A model generated the notes under the pieces. It was not told the origin of the DNA, did no database searches, and worked only from the letters and a program-made list of their open reading frames with translations. Source: Ramazzottius varieornatus (Eukaryota > Animalia > Tardigrada). Taken from it: a stretch of DNA of 64,000 bases. The DNA lies in NCBI GenBank assembly GCA_001949185.1, contig BDGG01000005.1:1415249-1479248 (forward strand), given 5' to 3'. Of this stretch, positions 11,356-24,620 are shown piece by piece. A program made the position numbers and the translations under genes. The first letter of the stretch is position 1. Each line of letters starts with the position of its first letter.

Positions 11356-14118
11356 TTATGTAACACGGAAAATATTTGAGGGAGGGCTGACAGTAAACAA
11401 GTTGTCCTGCTCTTCCAATATCACCAAATGCTTGGTTATGTCGGCTGTGTTAATGAGCACAAGATCACGCGAACGCTCGAGCTAAAAAATATGATTGACT
11501 TTGACGGAAGAATTACCGGAGATGTTAGTGTGGGTTCTGGTCAGCGCTTATCCGAAAACAAACATCCCGCACACTTTTTCCGCTTCAACGTCGACTGCTG
11601 CAACCACATGTTTCACCGCAATGACAGTTCCACTGCTATCCATCGCAATGCTTTCATTGCGGCAATACTTTTCGTTGCGCTTCTGGATCCTTACTTGAAT
11701 TACGATCTCGATCACAGCTTTCTTGAAGGTGTAAATGTCTTTGGATGTCCAGTCTTGTCCGATTTCCATACCGTTTGCTTCCACGAAACGTCTGATCGTT
11801 TTTGTGGTGTTTTCTCCCGGACGACCAACAAGCTTACAGCAACCGGAAGAGGTTTTGGAATTTTCGTGTCTGTTAATCCCAGGACGTTCCTTGCAGACCG
11901 AACCACCTGCTCACTTGTCCCTGGCTTGTTCATGATATTCTCCACTGGGACAGAACATTCAGCGAGAACACGGAAATCAACCATGATACTCTTCGTGGTG
12001 TTGTTATACGCGCAAACTCGACGCACGACACGCCCTATTTCATTTTCCGGACCATAGCAGGAAATATTTTGTAATGGTCCGTGGAGTCGAATAGTGTGCA
12101 CCACATGCTGCATCAGATGGATTGAGAACTTCATGTTTGCTTCGCCAAAAAAACCGTTCGAAGTTTCTGAGGAACAGGTCCGAGTGACGCTCGATCCTGG
12201 ATAGGTCCACTTCCGTGATGACGTCACGAGTAGCTAACCAAGCGATCGAGCTAGCATGGCACAAGATAGAATGGAAGTTTTCGGGGAAAATGTCTTTTGT
12301 GATGTAAGGCGCACCATGTTGTAGAAAGAATCTTAGCTCATGCGCCTTCATCTTCTTGAAATGCGATATAGATCTTGTGCTTCGCTATTCATGACCGGGA
12401 ACGATTATTTGTATCTATCGCCTGTCGATCTCTTTGATCTTTGCCGCAGTCAACCGCATTCTACCACGTCCTTCAACAGTTCGAGACAGAAACCATCGGG
12501 CGACCCCTTCGTCCATCATGTGCATCACGTCAATGGCAAAAGCATCGACCATGTCTATCTTCGGCCAGCGAATTATTAGTGACGGCCTTCGGAAGCCCTT
12601 GGTCAGCTTCATTTTGAGCATTGTATGTCGCTGCTTGGGGGACAGGTCATCCCACTCCGCTTCCATCTCGACAAAATCATCGTGGTTCTTCATAGGAGGG
12701 TTCTTGACGTACCTGTAGCAGATTTTGTGTGAGATGCAAACGGCTTTCTAACGAAAAACATTCTTTTAATGCCTAATATCCAAAGTTTGTTATTTTTAAT
12801 GTGTGTTTCGCATTCTCGAGTGCCTGCAGACAATAAACACAGCCTTGATAGGCGGAGTGCGCCAGGTGACCATTTAACGCAGTTCTTTCCGGCGAATCTG
12901 CCAGTATGCAGTAGACATACGCGGACGAATGATGCACAGTTCCAAATTTGTCGGTCCATACAACAGGCTGGAAGCTTTCACTGTTCTCGTCCAAGTCGCG
13001 CAGATGAGTAGTTAAGTTCAAAAGGAAGCTTTCTCTGTCGGATGGAAGATTCTCGCCTACCCAGACCGCCGCCAGATGCCAAACACATTTTCTAATTCTA
13101 ACTGGCAAATTCAGCACTTGCACGAACACCAGATACATCTTTTTGTTTGTGCTTTTGCTAAACTCTCCTGAGTCCGCATGAATGGCTAGCTCTATTGCGT
13201 CACTTGGGATACCCATTTGCTCGCTTCTCATGCCATCCGTGACGTCTCGCAGATCGTCATGCCTTTCTTGATCGGAAGGATCTATCTGACAGCCGTATTT
13301 GTCCATTGTTTCCTGGATTGCTCTGCGTACCGGATTCATGATGAAGAGATTCCCGTCTTTCTCCACCGCCTTCCGGGTCCACACCGTCTCACACAGGTCG
13401 CAATGGTATGACTTGTAATTGCCGTCTCCGACTTCCCTTAAAGTGTACCCACATAACTCCGTTTCCCACTGCTCGTTTCGCTTTTTCCTCACCGGCCTTT
13501 GATACGGACAAATATACACGACCTGTTGCTTGTCGTCTTTCTGCAGATTCAGCATGGTTTTCAGAGACTTTGCGCTTTTTCGGAAATTTTCTGTGCTTCT
13601 TAGGCTCGGCTCGCCTTCTTTTCCCGTCAGCTATCAGGGCGATTTCTTTGAGAAATTTGTTCAAAGTAGCATTGGACGTGCCGGTACTCTTGGCTACATA
13701 CAAGAGAAGGCTTGCCACTTGATCCATTGTCCATCCTGCCTCATTTTCACGGAAGAATTCCGAAAGAGCAGTGCCTACAGGATCAATGAGTGTGAGAGAG
13801 ATCTTCGATTACATGTAGGACAAGTCATTATACTGTACAATAACAAGCCAATAAATCACTGCATTTACCAGCTGATGGCTGCTCCGTCTCGTCGTGACAG
13901 ACAGTATCGATGAAGGAGGCATCCAAGTTCATATCCTCTTCGTCCGGTTGATCGTCGTGCTGTGAAGAGACTTCTTTCGCTTGATGAACGCGGGGTCGCT
14001 TCGAACTTCCTGCTGGTACTTGAACCATATCATCCATCGCATTTCGTTTCTTGGCAGCTCCACATTTTGCTTTCAAGCGAGATATCCGATGGTCTTTATC
14101 CATGCCGACCACAAACAA
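11356..14118 (-). mobile_element. CACTA/EnSpm (CMC superfamily) transposase, degenerate, with introns, stops and frameshifts
   Basis: Motifs DVTDG, HADSGEFSKS, LNLPVRIR, ADSPERTALNGH..YQGCVYC, FAIDVMH...GV, KAHELRFFL, IHLMQHVV..IRLHGPLQNISCYGPENEIG in the order typical of CACTA transposases. Confidence 0.85.
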
Positions 14119-14476
14119 CTTCTATCGTTGATGACATGCAAGAAATATAACAATAAATTGGAATTAAAAATCGATCTCTTTGAATCTTTGGCAGCTCGAT
14201 TCGGTTCGGTTTGTGGACCGGGTTCGCCATCAGAACTTTCTGGACGTTCAGTAGATAATGCCTCCAAGGATAAGGGCTACTGTTCCTCTGTGTACGGTCC
14301 AACTGAACGCAGTCTCTGTACAGCCGATGCTGCTGTCAGCAATGGTAGGGCTGTCCATGGTACTGCATGTTGGCGTTTTCTGCGTCTTTTTGTGCAGCCG
14401 TTGAATTTGTTTTCTCATTCTCCAGTAGGTTTTCTCCCACTGAATCCTGTACCAAATTGTTCTTCCAGGAGCAGTA

Positions 14477-16655
14477 ATGTCTCATCGTGAAAGGGGAATA
14501 ACCCTACCAAGGCCACCAGACGCCCACGCGACTACAAGACCTCGGATACTGAGGCGTCAACACCCATACCGGACTACTTCAAAGCGGTAGTCAACCGTAC
14601 AAGGGAGGAAGTTCCGTGTAAGAAAACCAAGCTTTCTGTTTGCCGATTACTTTTCCGTTTATCGATATTTCCTTAGCAGTCATTTACATTTTTCTGTGCT
14701 TTGCAGACTGGGTTCTGTTTCAGTACGATGACGGGGTTTACTACCTTCTGCCACCGCCCAAGATCACTCTGGACATTGTAAAGCCTCTTTCTCGAGAAAT
14801 CAATTCCTTCAAGAAGAAAGAGATATTGCAGCAATGGATGAAGGTGCGCTTGTTCTACACTCATGTCTATCCTGTCAGCAAAGCAACGGTCATTGATGTG
14901 AGTAAGGACCAGGACAGGATGAACGCATTGTTCGACACACTGGACAATGCAGCGAAGCAGCAGAAAAAGAAACGAAAGGTACTTGTGATTTAACGCTCTT
15001 GTCTTAAGCGGATAACGCGCTTGTGCTAGACTTCGCTCTATTCGTATCAATACTGGAATATTATTCACTGTTCCGAAGATACTTTGTACGGTGTCTTCTT
15101 CTAGAGACCAGACAGGAAGCCTGCCCCAACCTCGAAGATGACACATGTCAACAGAGCCGAAGACAACAAGACCAAACGAAAGAAATTGAACGATGAGAGA
15201 TCAGGTGTGGTTTCCGTGGGGAGAGGTCAAGTCGCTTCCCCAGAAGTTTCTGAACGAGAGGCAGACTCCACCGGCGATGACAGTGCTCCAGGTCTCATAA
15301 CCCATCTCAAGTGGAAAAGCAGCTCTCAATTGTGTACTGGAAGCACAAAGCTACGGATCTCGGACTCTCCCTTTTCTAGTGGAGATGAGGAACTGGACAC
15401 AGAATTTCCGGTAAGTTTGCAATATTTGTTGGTACAGTTGTTTGGGATTGAATAAGGGTCTTTGGTAGTCCATTCAGAAGCCACGTCAACGCTCGGAGGA
15501 TAGCGCATCACGGAAGCCTGGATCGCCTCTCCACATCAACGCCTGCAATGCCGAAGAAATCTTCAACGAGGCCGATTCCAGTGATAGCGATTATCACCCT
15601 TCCACAGATCCTAACTGAAGAATAAGTAAGCGAACTTACAATCCGCTTCAGCCGCAGTACTCTTCTATTCTGTGCTTGGTTTGTTTCTTGAAGAGACTAG
15701 GTTTATCGACAGTGAAGACAGGGATAGTGTCAGCATCTCCGGGAGTGCCAAATATGGAGGTAAACGGCTTACCAAATTTCGATTAACTTTGCGCGCAGTT
15801 CGGCTATTGTGTTCGCCTCCTTTGCACAAGCGAAAACAGCGGCGGTAAGAATGGAGATACAACGGAAGACTATACTGCAGAGAAGACTGAGGAATTTGTT
15901 CAGAAACGGGAGGAATTGCTGAAGGAAGCTGAAAGTGAGTGCCCAAATAATATTGCGTGATGCAGTGTAGAATTAGCTTAGCTATGAAAACTCCTCGAAT
16001 AGAAATGAAAGTCTTTGCTTATTTGTGGCTCATCATAGTGATCAATCGGATTTTGAAATCAGCGGGACATTCCAGACCATCACGCAAGCCCAAGATACAG
16101 GGTGAAAATCACCTCTGTTCGGTTCCTCGAGTGTATCAGTCTAATGATAGTATCGTATTACAGTTCCGGCCATCAACTGGTCATTCAACGCAGATCCAGC
16201 AACAGTCGACCGCACTCTGTTCCAGCGACTGCAGCCGAAGTCTCCAATATGGGTCAGACAAGCAAGATTGAAGCAAGCGCAGAAAGCGCGAAGGACATGG
16301 ACAACTACGCACGAAAGCTGATGTGGAAAGTCTTAATCCCTGACGATGATATTATCGCTCTCTTAAAGACGAAGACGAAAGGCGTGGGGTTTGCGAAGCT
16401 TTTCGGCCCGAAGAACTTCACGTCGTTTTACGGTAAGCCTGTTGTAACGCAACCAGCCCGCTTTCTTACTTTTGACAGTCGTTTTTCTTTGCAGATCACG
16501 TTCTCAAGTTCAAGAAAACCAAGGAAGGATTGACGGGAGGAAAGTGGAATAACCAGATAACATCCGAAGTTGAACTACGTAAACGATTCATTAGCACTTT
16601 CGATCGCAAAATGTCTCGTGTACTTAAGCACACTGAAAATCCACAATCCTACTAG
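14477..16655 (+). CDS. Multi-exon accessory gene divergent from the CACTA transposase, C-terminal BEN-like domain; 5' end approximate, may be degenerate
   Basis: Exon ~14707-14978 (WVLFQYDD...ATVIDVSKDQDRM). Spliced last exons give NYARKLMWKVLIPDDDI...FGPKNFTSFY|DHVLKFKK...ELRKRFISTFDRKMSRVLK, which resembles the BEN helical pattern. Stop at 16653-16655. Confidence 0.55.
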
Positions 16656-17061
16656 TTCCTCCTTTCAATGGCTTCTTCCTCTTTGGTCCTTAATGCTAGA
16701 AATCGATCTGTATGGACAATTTTCAATTTTGAATTTTATAGCCATCCATCGGCCTACTATTACGAGCTGGTTCATCAGCCGAATAGAAACCTGAAGGATC
16801 ACGAAATTTTCGTGGTTTATCTCCTCGTAGATGACTTTCATCAAGCGTTTTCTCATTAGTGAGTCTCGCGAAACAAACCTCACGCTACACTTCCACGTTC
16901 ACTTTTCTCGTGGTTGGTATCTGCATTGCATTTCCCGACACCGACAAATTTTCTCTACGTTTAACGACCTTTTTTGATAAGAGAAAATCCATCCGTCAGA
17001 AAATACGATGGGAAGTCATAAATGGCGCCAATCAGGATCTTTGTGATCGATAGGATAAGGC

Positions 17062-17106
17062 AAGGTTATTCTTCAGAAGGTTATTCTTCAGAAGGTTATT
17101 CTTCAG
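17062..17106. repeat. Three tandem copies of a 15-bp unit
   Basis: aaggttattcttcag x3. Confidence 0.95.
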
Positions 17107-18199
17107 AAAGGGTTCGACAACCGCGAATTGAAAAGTGATCTTGTTCAATGTGTCTTCTACATGTTGACCAGCACAACTGGCTTGAAAACTTTTATAGTTT
17201 TGGAGAAATAAAATTTTGAAGTTGGTAGGGTCAACCCGGAAGCAGCCTCTCTGCGATCTTTCAGACGGAGGGACCGGGGATGCAAGGCATGTGGATGCTG
17301 ACTTGTCAGTCGGCGCGCTCTGTCGCTCAACTCGATACAGCTCAGTCAAAGACATGCTCAGTCTGACTACATACCACGAAGAGATTTAGATGAGCCGACT
17401 TGTCGGCAAGAGAGATGAGCAGGATCACAATTACGCGTCACCTCGTTAACTACCTGATACTGCAGTGTAAAACAGCTATAAAATCAAGGCTGATGCAATC
17501 TGGTGTAACAGACATCGAGGAACACAATGTTGAACTCTAGCTGGCCATCTGGCCACTCGTCAGATGACTTCGACAGAAAAGTTTAAAGTGATTCGAAGTT
17601 TCGGCTGACAAATTTTTGGCGTCCTACAGCCTGAATGTGCGTCTGCATCTATTCTGACAATAAACCCCCAGGTGGGGGTGCTTCAGCCACAAATCACCCT
17701 GGATTTTCGGTAGAATCACCTCAAACGGGCGAACAGTTTTGTGAAACTTCTATCTGTAGCGAAGCATGGCGGCTCCACCGCCCGATGCCTTTGAGTACTT
17801 TGAAGATTTTGATGTCAAAAAAGTGAAATTTGGAAGCAAAGAAGTTCGTATGAAAATTAGGCCGCCGAAACACATATATGGGTATATTGCGTTCTCTGTC
17901 AGAGTGCCCTAGGCAAAATATTCGATAAGCGCACGGTGAAGCAATTATTAGTACATTCTGGCAGCGCAATGATTAGGGGTTTCTCAGAAAATGTGTGAAG
18001 CGGAATCCTAGCCTCGTTTCGGTACAACTTGTTGTGGCAAATATGTCACGGAGAATGTTCCTCAGGGGCAAGGTGAATTCGGTTGGCCGATTTCGGCAAG
18101 CTCAGCTAGTCCAATTTTAATATGGCCTGTTTTGACATAACAAAAGTTACCATAACAAGCCGGCTTCAAAACTGCAAATAGCTTAACGCTACTACAGTT

Positions 18200-19800
18200 G
18201 GATGTTTCTAGTGTTGCGGGAAAGCCGTTGCGGGAAAGGTGTGCAAGAGTGAGCATGGTGCCAAGATTCATCAAGCCAAAGATCCGTACTGTGGACAAGC
18301 AGGACACAAGATAACCAACGAAAGGACAGAGCGATGTGGGAAGTGCAGCGCGTACTTCAAGAAAATTGGCATGAAAATCCATGAAAGAACGTGTGATTCG
18401 GTGGAAGTAATGAGAAGGAAGACGAATGCCATCAGACAGGTCGAAACGCCAACGGTCGACCCAACGCCTTCAGTCCTGGCCATCCCACCTATGTCTTCGA
18501 ATCAGCCGACGACAGAGTCGGACGATCGCAGTGATGAGAGAGAAGTGGACAGTGAAGCTCCAGAAATTTGGTAAGGAGTTGTCAACGGAAGAATTTAACC
18601 AGTTCGAAGATGCGTTACAGGAGTTCATTCAAGAAATCAACGGGAAGACGCCATAACCACCCAGGCGATCAATCAAGCACCCGAACATGGCCTACCATCA
18701 GCAAAAGAAGACTGCAGGTTTCCAGTCGCGAAAAGCCACGTACGGATCCAGTAATCCCCAACGGAAAGACGACAGAATGGCGGAAGCAAGCAGAAAGAAC
18801 CACCAGTGGAGGAGAGCGCAGTACATGTTTAAGAACAAGCGAAAGAAGTTATTGAGTGAGATCGTCCAGGTAAAAGACAACAGAAGGTGCGAGGTTGCGA
18901 AGGAAGAAGTTGAAGAGTATTTTAAAGATCTGTTCAGTCAGCCCAACCAGAAGACAAGACCGAGGTAGGAAAGCCCTGACAGCGACCTAAACGAAGGATT
19001 GGACCGTGACTGCCTCAGAGCAGTGACAGCGAGTGAGGCGATGAAGGCGCTGAACGGCCTGAGGATGGATGCAGCAGCTGGCCCAGACAAAGTGAGTGTG
19101 AAGATGCTAAAAGATGTGGACAAGCATGGCGAGATTATGGCGAGTGTGGCGTCGGTGTGCTGTATCAACGAGAAGTTTCCGGAAGTGTTGCAGAATGCCA
19201 GAACAGTGCTGCTCCTAAAGAAAGGCGATCCGAAGAAGATGACCAACTGGCGAGGAATCAGCATCCGCTCAGCCATCCGCAGATGCATTAGTAAAGCACT
19301 GTGCCACAGACTGAACATGTACGTGGACCTTTCAGAACATCAGAAAGACTTTAGACGGTTACCTGGGCTGCTGGAGAATGTGGCGAGACTGCAAGGAATC
19401 CTGACAGCGAGCGTAGAAGAAGAAAGAGGAGTGAGTGTCGCCTTCCTGGACATCAGTAAAGCCTTCGATAACGTGGGACACGAACATGTGGAAAAGACCC
19501 TGAGTTCTTTCGCCATCGCAGAGAACCTCCGGAGGGCGATCGGAGCAATGTACAGTGGGATGACAGCAAGGGTGGAAGTCGGAGGCGAGGTGACTGGGGC
19601 AGTGCCGGTTAAGAGGGGCGTTCTCAAGGGGGATCCCCTATCACCCCTGCTCTTAAACCTTACCATTAATTTTCTACTGCACGAACTAAATGATTTCGAC
19701 CTGAAGAAAGCCTTAGGGCTTAATGTTAACGATATCTTAGCCTTGTCTGCTTTTGCTTTTGCAGATGATCTTGTGATCGCGAGGAAGAACAGAGCGGCGA
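18200..19800 (+). mobile_element. Non-LTR retrotransposon of the RLE (R2/NeSL/HERO-like) group; N-terminal zinc fingers plus RT; degenerate and 3'-truncated
   Basis: Zinc-finger-like CGKVCKSEHGAKIHQAK..C and CGKCSAYFKKIGMKIHERTC. RT motifs AAGPD, NWRGISI, AFLDISKAFDNV, RGVLKGDPLSPLLLNL, AFADDLV. In-frame stops at ~18572, ~18654 and ~18966; homology is lost just after FADD. Confidence 0.85.
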
Positions 19801-21686
19801 GCAGAAGGCTTTCAAGAGGTTTTTGTACATGGTTTGTGGTTTGGCGCACGTGGTGTGATTTCGAAGGTTGGCTTATCGTTGTTACGTTCCCTTGGTATCA
19901 ATCAATCGACTATTGATGAGATTGTTAGTCTTGTTCTGAATCTTTCTCATTCCATGTACAGAATGTTCATGAAGTGTTAATCCTCTTGTCACCGAGTCGA
20001 AAGGCTACCACCTATACGGTGGCGGTTCTTTTCTCAATAAAGGTATATCTCTCTGCTGAGCGGATCCGCTGAGCAAGATTAGCCTCGATTTTGCTGAAGT
20101 GGGGCTGAAGTGCTTGCCGAAACCCAACACGACAGCAAACAGATCTACGGTTCGGGTGTTTTGCAGGTACTGTAAAGTTCCTCTTTTTACTGAAGCAAGA
20201 TACATGCCATTCGTCCAGAAAAAAGCTGTAGCACTGAGCACAGATCTGTCTTCCGAACCTGAGCCTGTTTCCAATTTAGTTGGCATTATAGTGTTACGAA
20301 AGAATAAAAGTGGCCTGAGATACTTGCTCCAAGTTGGCCTGTACCGCCTGCTGATCTTTGTGATAGTAAAATTTCGAAAACTGCCTAATGGCTGAATCAG
20401 TCTTTTCGGCATGGTTTTTATGCAGCATGGTTTTTTCGGCATTGTTATTTCTTTTTGTGCACTTATCAATTCATAAACACGAAGGCAGCGTTTCGCATCT
20501 CAATCCTAGTCGTTATGAGCTCAAAATTGTGTGTAACTCTAGTACGAGGAGGAAAACCCAACCTTTCTGTCGAGAATACTTTGCTAAGTCAAATGCTACA
20601 GGGAGCGCTGCCCACTGCGGCGCCAGACTAAATTCAGCTGGCGACTGAGCAAAAGTTAGCAAAGTTTTAGCCGTTCCGCGTTTGCGATTGACGAGTTCAG
20701 GACGAAACTTCTGCATGTTTTGATACGAGCTATTTTTATCGCCATATCTCACCGTAACGTGAATAGATTCCGTTTCTTCCAGTTTCAGAATGTAGCCAGG
20801 AGCTCATTCCTAATTTTGAGAATGAAGGATGGAAGAATAAGCTTGATATAACACTGCAGTTTTTCGATCCTTCTCCGACGACATCATGCGCCACCTGAAG
20901 ACAAACAGCTGTTATTAAAGCCGGCACAAGGCGGCTCTTTCGCATTTCCCGGGCAAGGTTTTGCACCCGGCTGTAGAACTACCTTCATGCTACAGTTTGA
21001 CACCTGGAAACATCCAATCTTACCATTGTCAGCCAAGATATGAGCAACTATTGTCCACTAACGAGTTACCGTGTCCCGTAGTCGACCGTTCAACGCTGGA
21101 TGAGCAACAACATAGAAGTAACTTCTGGAAGTTGCGGAGGAAACTCGCTGGACATGCTGCAGGACATCTCGCAAATCCACAATCAGATAGGTGGGTGTGT
21201 GGTAGACTGGATGGCAGTACAAAGAGGGTCGTTCCCACTTCCCAGCGAGAGATTCAGGTACAATAATTTTGTCAAAGCTGCAGCAATGCGTTTTCGCTCG
21301 AAAGTTAGCAGAGTTTCAGCTGTTCCGATTTTCAATAGGTGAAAACTGCGATGGCACGCTGAAGCACGCCATCCCAACCGTGTCATTTCTACTTGGTCCA
21401 GCCTATATGTGGTTTAGTGGCATAGCTCGCTCTGCCATCTGCAGAAAGCGTGCTTCCTAATAGGAGTCTTCAGTCTTGCTTGCAAAACTCGTTGAAGCCG
21501 CAAACGTCTTACTAAATTATCTTGATCAACACGAATCAAGCGTGAGTCAGGGAAGTTCGAACTTTTCGCAAACTTCGAATTGCGGACGTTCTGTTCTTGA
21601 ATAAATTTGGCGAAAAGTATGCTTTTAATTTCCGCTTATCATATTCTTACTGTTCCCTCTCACTTTGTACTGCGCTGCAACTCATT

Positions 21687-23001
21687 ATGCCGGGCAATTC
21701 CGAAAGAAAGCGTTTCATTGAGGATCTGGAATAATGGGTGGTTGGTCGGAAGCTACTGAAGATGAATTTGGACCTCGGCGAGCATGACGACGATGATGAA
21801 GTGGATGTTCCTGCCGTGCTACTTCAGTTCGTTACCGCTACACGATACCTTCAGCGACCGGAAGTGCCTAAGAGTAAGCACTTTGTGGAGTATCTGCTTC
21901 CGGCACTGGATGATGAACGGTTCAAGGAGGAAGTCAGGATGTCCCGCGAGTTATTTGAGATGGTACTGAGCAAGATCGTCGGTCATAAGGCCTTTAACCT
22001 TCACGGCAAAACACCTCAAGCCGATCCACGACTACAGCTTATGATTTGCGCCTATAGTTTCGGGAGTTCGGGAAGCTCAGCCTCCGTAGAGAACATTGCT
22101 GGACGTTTCGGGGTTTCAGAAGGCTTTGTCCTTCTTTGCACCACTAGGTGTATCGAGGCTCTGTTGTCGGTAGAAGGAAGTGTGGTTAACTGGCCGGATA
22201 AAGAGGAAAGAACTACCATGGTACTTATAGGTACTTATACCTTAGCTCTTGAAATTCTTCGGTATGCTAGACACAACATCACAAATTCATTAAAGTGTAA
22301 TATTTTAGGCACGAATTCTTTGGGATTCAGGATTTCCTGATTGTGTTGGAATGTTGGACGGCACGTTAGTCCCGTTAGAGTACAAGCCTACCAAAGATGG
22401 CGAGGATTACTGAAGCCACAAGTCCCGATACGGAATATCAGCGATGGTGGTTTGCGGTGACAAGTGTAAAATTCGATACATGTTTATCGGATTTTGTGGG
22501 TCGGCCTATGATATGAGAGTATACAGTAATTCTTCGATGGCAAGACAAGTCTCTAGGCTGTTTTCACCAGGCGAATATCTTCTCGCTGACAGCGCCTACA
22601 CTACGTCAACTCATACCATCGCTTCCTACAAGAAGCCCGCCGCCGGAGTCATGTCAACGAACAACGAGCGATTCAACTTTTACCACTGTTCAACAAGAAT
22701 TAAGATCGAACACACCATTGGCATCTTGAAGGGACGTTTTCCGTCTTTGCAGTCCTTAAGAATTAAGATCCACGATAAGCAGACCCATCGTGCAGCTGTA
22801 GAGTGGACACAAGCATGTGTTGTTTTACACAACATTTTACTCGAAGACAGCTATTTTGATGACAACTGGACAAAATACCGAGAACCGGAAGTACCAGAAA
22901 TGAGCTACGATGCTGCAGTTATGGACGGAAAAGATTTCCGAGAGACCATCAAAGAAAGAGTCTTGCATAGCAGAAAGCCAGCTCGACGTTTTGTTCAGTG
23001 A
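21687..23001 (+). pseudogene. Harbinger/HARBI1-like DDE transposase with one intron (~22221-22308) and premature stops
   Basis: RMSRELF, IAGRFGVSEG, GFPDCVGMLDGT, GSAYDMRVY, YLLADSAY, RIKIEHTIGILKGRF, ACVVLHNI; stops at ~21732 and ~22410. Confidence 0.9.
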
Positions 23002-24620
23002 AACGTTTCTTAGCTAGTTCGAGTTGTAGTTCTAGTTTCTTCAATTCATAATCGCGTACTTCTTTTTTTCTGCTCGGTCTCTTCTCTCTGGTTATTTTCG
23101 AGTTGTCTTTGCTGTCGACGTTCCTCTCGTTCCACGTCGGCATTTTGTCCTGCCAGCTCTAGCTTCTTTTCCTCCAGTAAGAGTTTTTTTCGCTATGGCG
23201 AGCTGATCCTTCGTGCTTGTTTGTAGAGCTTCGGCGATGGTCAGTGATTTCTGTTTAGTTCTGCTGTCTTGACATTTCTTCTCAGAATATCCTGACACTC
23301 TCGGTTGCGGAGTAGATTTGATTGAGCTAGGACAACTACGGGGTAAACAGCAAAGTTGGCAGGCATGCGAGGCTTTCCCAGGTCAAACGCGTTGGCTTCC
23401 GCTCATTCAGATCTTCGAATCGTGAATCTGAACAAATGGGAGCTTGACAAGCAAACTTGGCAAGATTGTGTCTCAAATGGCGTGCTTTCGTGGTTAAAAC
23501 ACTACAAGCGTGCGCCACTTGGGAAACGAATTAGGTCGAGTCTGTTTGTCGAGTTTCCATTTGTTCACGAATCCGCAATCAGACGTTCCGAACGGGCGAT
23601 AGGCAAAACGTTCGACCTACATCTCCAATATGACAAACAACTCCGCTGTTACCCCGTAATGAGCTGAGATGTGGCAACAGGAGAAACATCTTCGGGCAAC
23701 TCCAGAAGACCGCAGGAAAAGTCGACTTCCGGTTCTGAAGCGTTGTTGTACGTTATAAGGCCACTTGCTTCGTTTTCTTCTTCTTCGTCCTCCGAGGCTT
23801 TCTCTTCAGCCGACGTTCTCAGGGTATCTGAAAAGTGCGGTGGTTCCATGGAAGCTCGGTCAGTGAAGACAGGACGCAACCTGAACCAGTATGGGCAATA
23901 ACTGGGTACAATACCTGCAAAAATCAATCTATTGTAATATCGGAATAAGTCGCGTATGACGTAGTCAATACCCCTTTTATTTTGTATAGCCTAATCTGAC
24001 GTTACAAACTGCGCCAGTTGATCGAGATGAAAATTTACCTTGATTTTTAGCCTCCTCCATTTTCTCCTCAATAGGTATGTCAGAATCAGGATTGCCGCAG
24101 CCAGAACCAGTAGATTTTAGAAAGACCATTGCCGCCTTGTATCATTTTTCCAAGTGAAGAAGCTTGTTCTTGATTGTCGTACTACTGTATGCTCTCCCGA
24201 AATTCACGTACGTCACTCCATTCAGAGTGTAAAACTAGAGAAAGAGTTCTCACACGGTGACCATAACAGTCTGATTCAGTTACGTACGTGAATTTCGAAA
24301 GAGCATACAGTATCTCGGTGAACGCCAAGCTGGCCCAAGTGAACGGACATATTGCGGTGCACTGCAGCCTTTGTCGTTCCGGTCGTCGCCATCTTTCCCG
24401 CCACGGTGTTCTTCTTTCCTGCTCCCTTGTACAGAAGATAGTTGGTGGGATCTTCGATCCACTGAACCAAATGCTCTTCCTCGCCAGGCATCCACACTCC
24501 ATAGTTGCACGGTTGGGAGTTGTCTGAGGCATGCTCTCTGACTACTCGTGGCTTGCGAGACTTGTTCGTTGGTGTCTGACCCGTCTCCACGTCGGTAGCT
24601 ACTTCTTTGCGTCTTCCCAT
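22949..24620 (-). pseudogene. Harbinger Myb/SANT-like DNA-binding accessory gene, spliced, degenerate
   Basis: W..GEEEHLVQWIEDPTNY...GTTKAAVHRNMS..L...G..RD|..IKNKLLHLEK*YKAAMVFLKSTGSG...CPYWFRLRPVFTDRAS, plus a C-terminal coiled-coil (ELKKLELQLELAK). Confidence 0.7.

Noticed and set aside
17660-17740. HDV-like ribozyme at the 5' end of the R2-like element
   Set aside because: Only a hairpin and a gggcgaa motif are visible; the double pseudoknot could not be built
20388-21460. Type II membrane-anchored (glycosyltransferase-like) gene remnant
   Set aside because: A hydrophobic N-terminus only; no recognisable catalytic motif and many stops
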